Below are positions 63,053 through 64,000 of a DNA stretch of 64,000 nucleotides, piece by piece. The position numbers were made by a program, and so were the translations under genes. This stretch comes from Centroscyllium fabricii (lineage: Eukaryota). Within the stretch, counting starts at the first letter, position 1. The number at the start of each line of letters is the position of its first letter. The notes below the pieces were generated by a model that had not been told where the DNA came from, did not search any database, and saw nothing but the letters and a program-made list of their open reading frames with translations. The stretch covers positions 94,054,001 to 94,118,000 of the forward strand of contig JBNRSN020000013.1 of NCBI GenBank assembly GCA_051313645.2. Direction: 5' to 3'.

Positions 63053-64000
63053 ACAACAACAACTTCCTGTATTTATATAGCACCTTTAACGTAGTAAAAC
63101 ATCCCAAGGCGCTTCATAGGAATGTTATCAACCAAAATTGACACCAAGCCACATAAGGATATATTAGGGCAGAAAAGAGGTAGGTTTTAAGGAGCGTCTT
63201 AAGGAGGAAAGAGAGTTGGAGAGGCGGAGAGGTTTAGGGAAGGAATTCCAGAGATTAGGACATTGGTGGCTGAAGGTACGGCTGGCAATGGTGGAGCGAT
63301 TAAAATCGGGGATGCGTAAGGGGTCAGAATTGGAGGAGCGCAGATGATATCTCGGAGGGTTTGTAGGGTTGGAGGAGATTACAGAGATAGGGAGGGGAGA
63401 GGCCATGGAGGGATTTAAAAACAAGGATGAGAATCTTAAAATCATGGTGCTGCTTAACCGGGAGCCAATGTAGGTTGGCGAACACAGGGGTGGTGGGCGA
63501 GCAGGACTTGGTGCGAGTTAGGACACGGGCAGCAGAGTTTTGGATGACCTGAAGTTTACGAAGGGTCGAAAGTGGGAGGCTAGCCAGAAGTGTGTTGAAA
63601 TAGTCAAGTCTAGAGGTAATAAAGGCATGGATGAGGGTTTCAGCAGCAGATGAGCTGAGGCAAGGGTAGAGACGGGCGATGTCACAGAGGTGGGAGTAGG
63701 CGGTCTTAATGATGACGTGGATGTGTGATTGGAAGCTCAACTCGGGATCAAATATGACACCAAGTCTGGTTCAGCCTCAGACAGTTGCCGGGGAGAGGGT
63801 TGGAGTCACTGGCTAGGGAACAGGGGCAGAAGACAATGGCTTCAGTCTTCCCACTATTTAGTTGAGGGAAATTTCTGCTCATTCAGTCTGACAATTTAGA
63901 GACAGTGGAGAGGTCGAGAGAGGTGGTGGTGAGGTAGAGCTGGGTGTCGTCAGCGTACATGTGAAAACTGACACGGTTTGCGGATGATGTTGCCGAGGGG
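63053..64000 (-). mobile_element. L2 LINE RT C-terminus and 3' tail
   Basis: AETLIHAFITSRLDYFN, KLQVIQNSAARVL, LHWLPV, FKILILVFKSLHGLSPPYL. Confidence 0.92.

Overview
Vertebrate genomic DNA, most likely from a shark or other elasmobranch (inferred from abundant CR1/HER1-type LINEs, HE1/V-SINE-like and DeuSINE-like elements, and Penelope-derived short elements). Two convergent genes are present. On the + strand are the last five coding exons of CD247 (T-cell receptor zeta chain, 12216-24529). They are small phase-0 exons missed by the ORF track and join into ITAM2, ITAM3 and the second half of ITAM1. On the - strand are the last three coding exons of POU2F1/Oct-1 (56795-48463), followed by a very long, AT-rich, almost transposon-free putative 3' UTR (candidate ends near 35.8 kb and 30.3 kb). 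The introns are packed with nested transposons: a Gypsy LTR element, CR1, L2, RTE, Harbinger-, hAT- and Tc1/pogo-type MITEs, and palindromic elements carrying hammerhead ribozyme cores. Main leads are (1) a segment of the Oct-1 UTR whose + strand resembles the mouse CD3-eta alternative exon as recalled from memory, (2) a proline-rich SH3-type extension on zeta, (3) a hammerhead core closed by a perfect 54-bp stem, (4) candidate distal spliced exons on the POU2F1 strand, and (5) several long inverted repeats. All coordinates were read by eye; repeat boundaries are approximate unless TSDs or TIRs are given. No searches were run.
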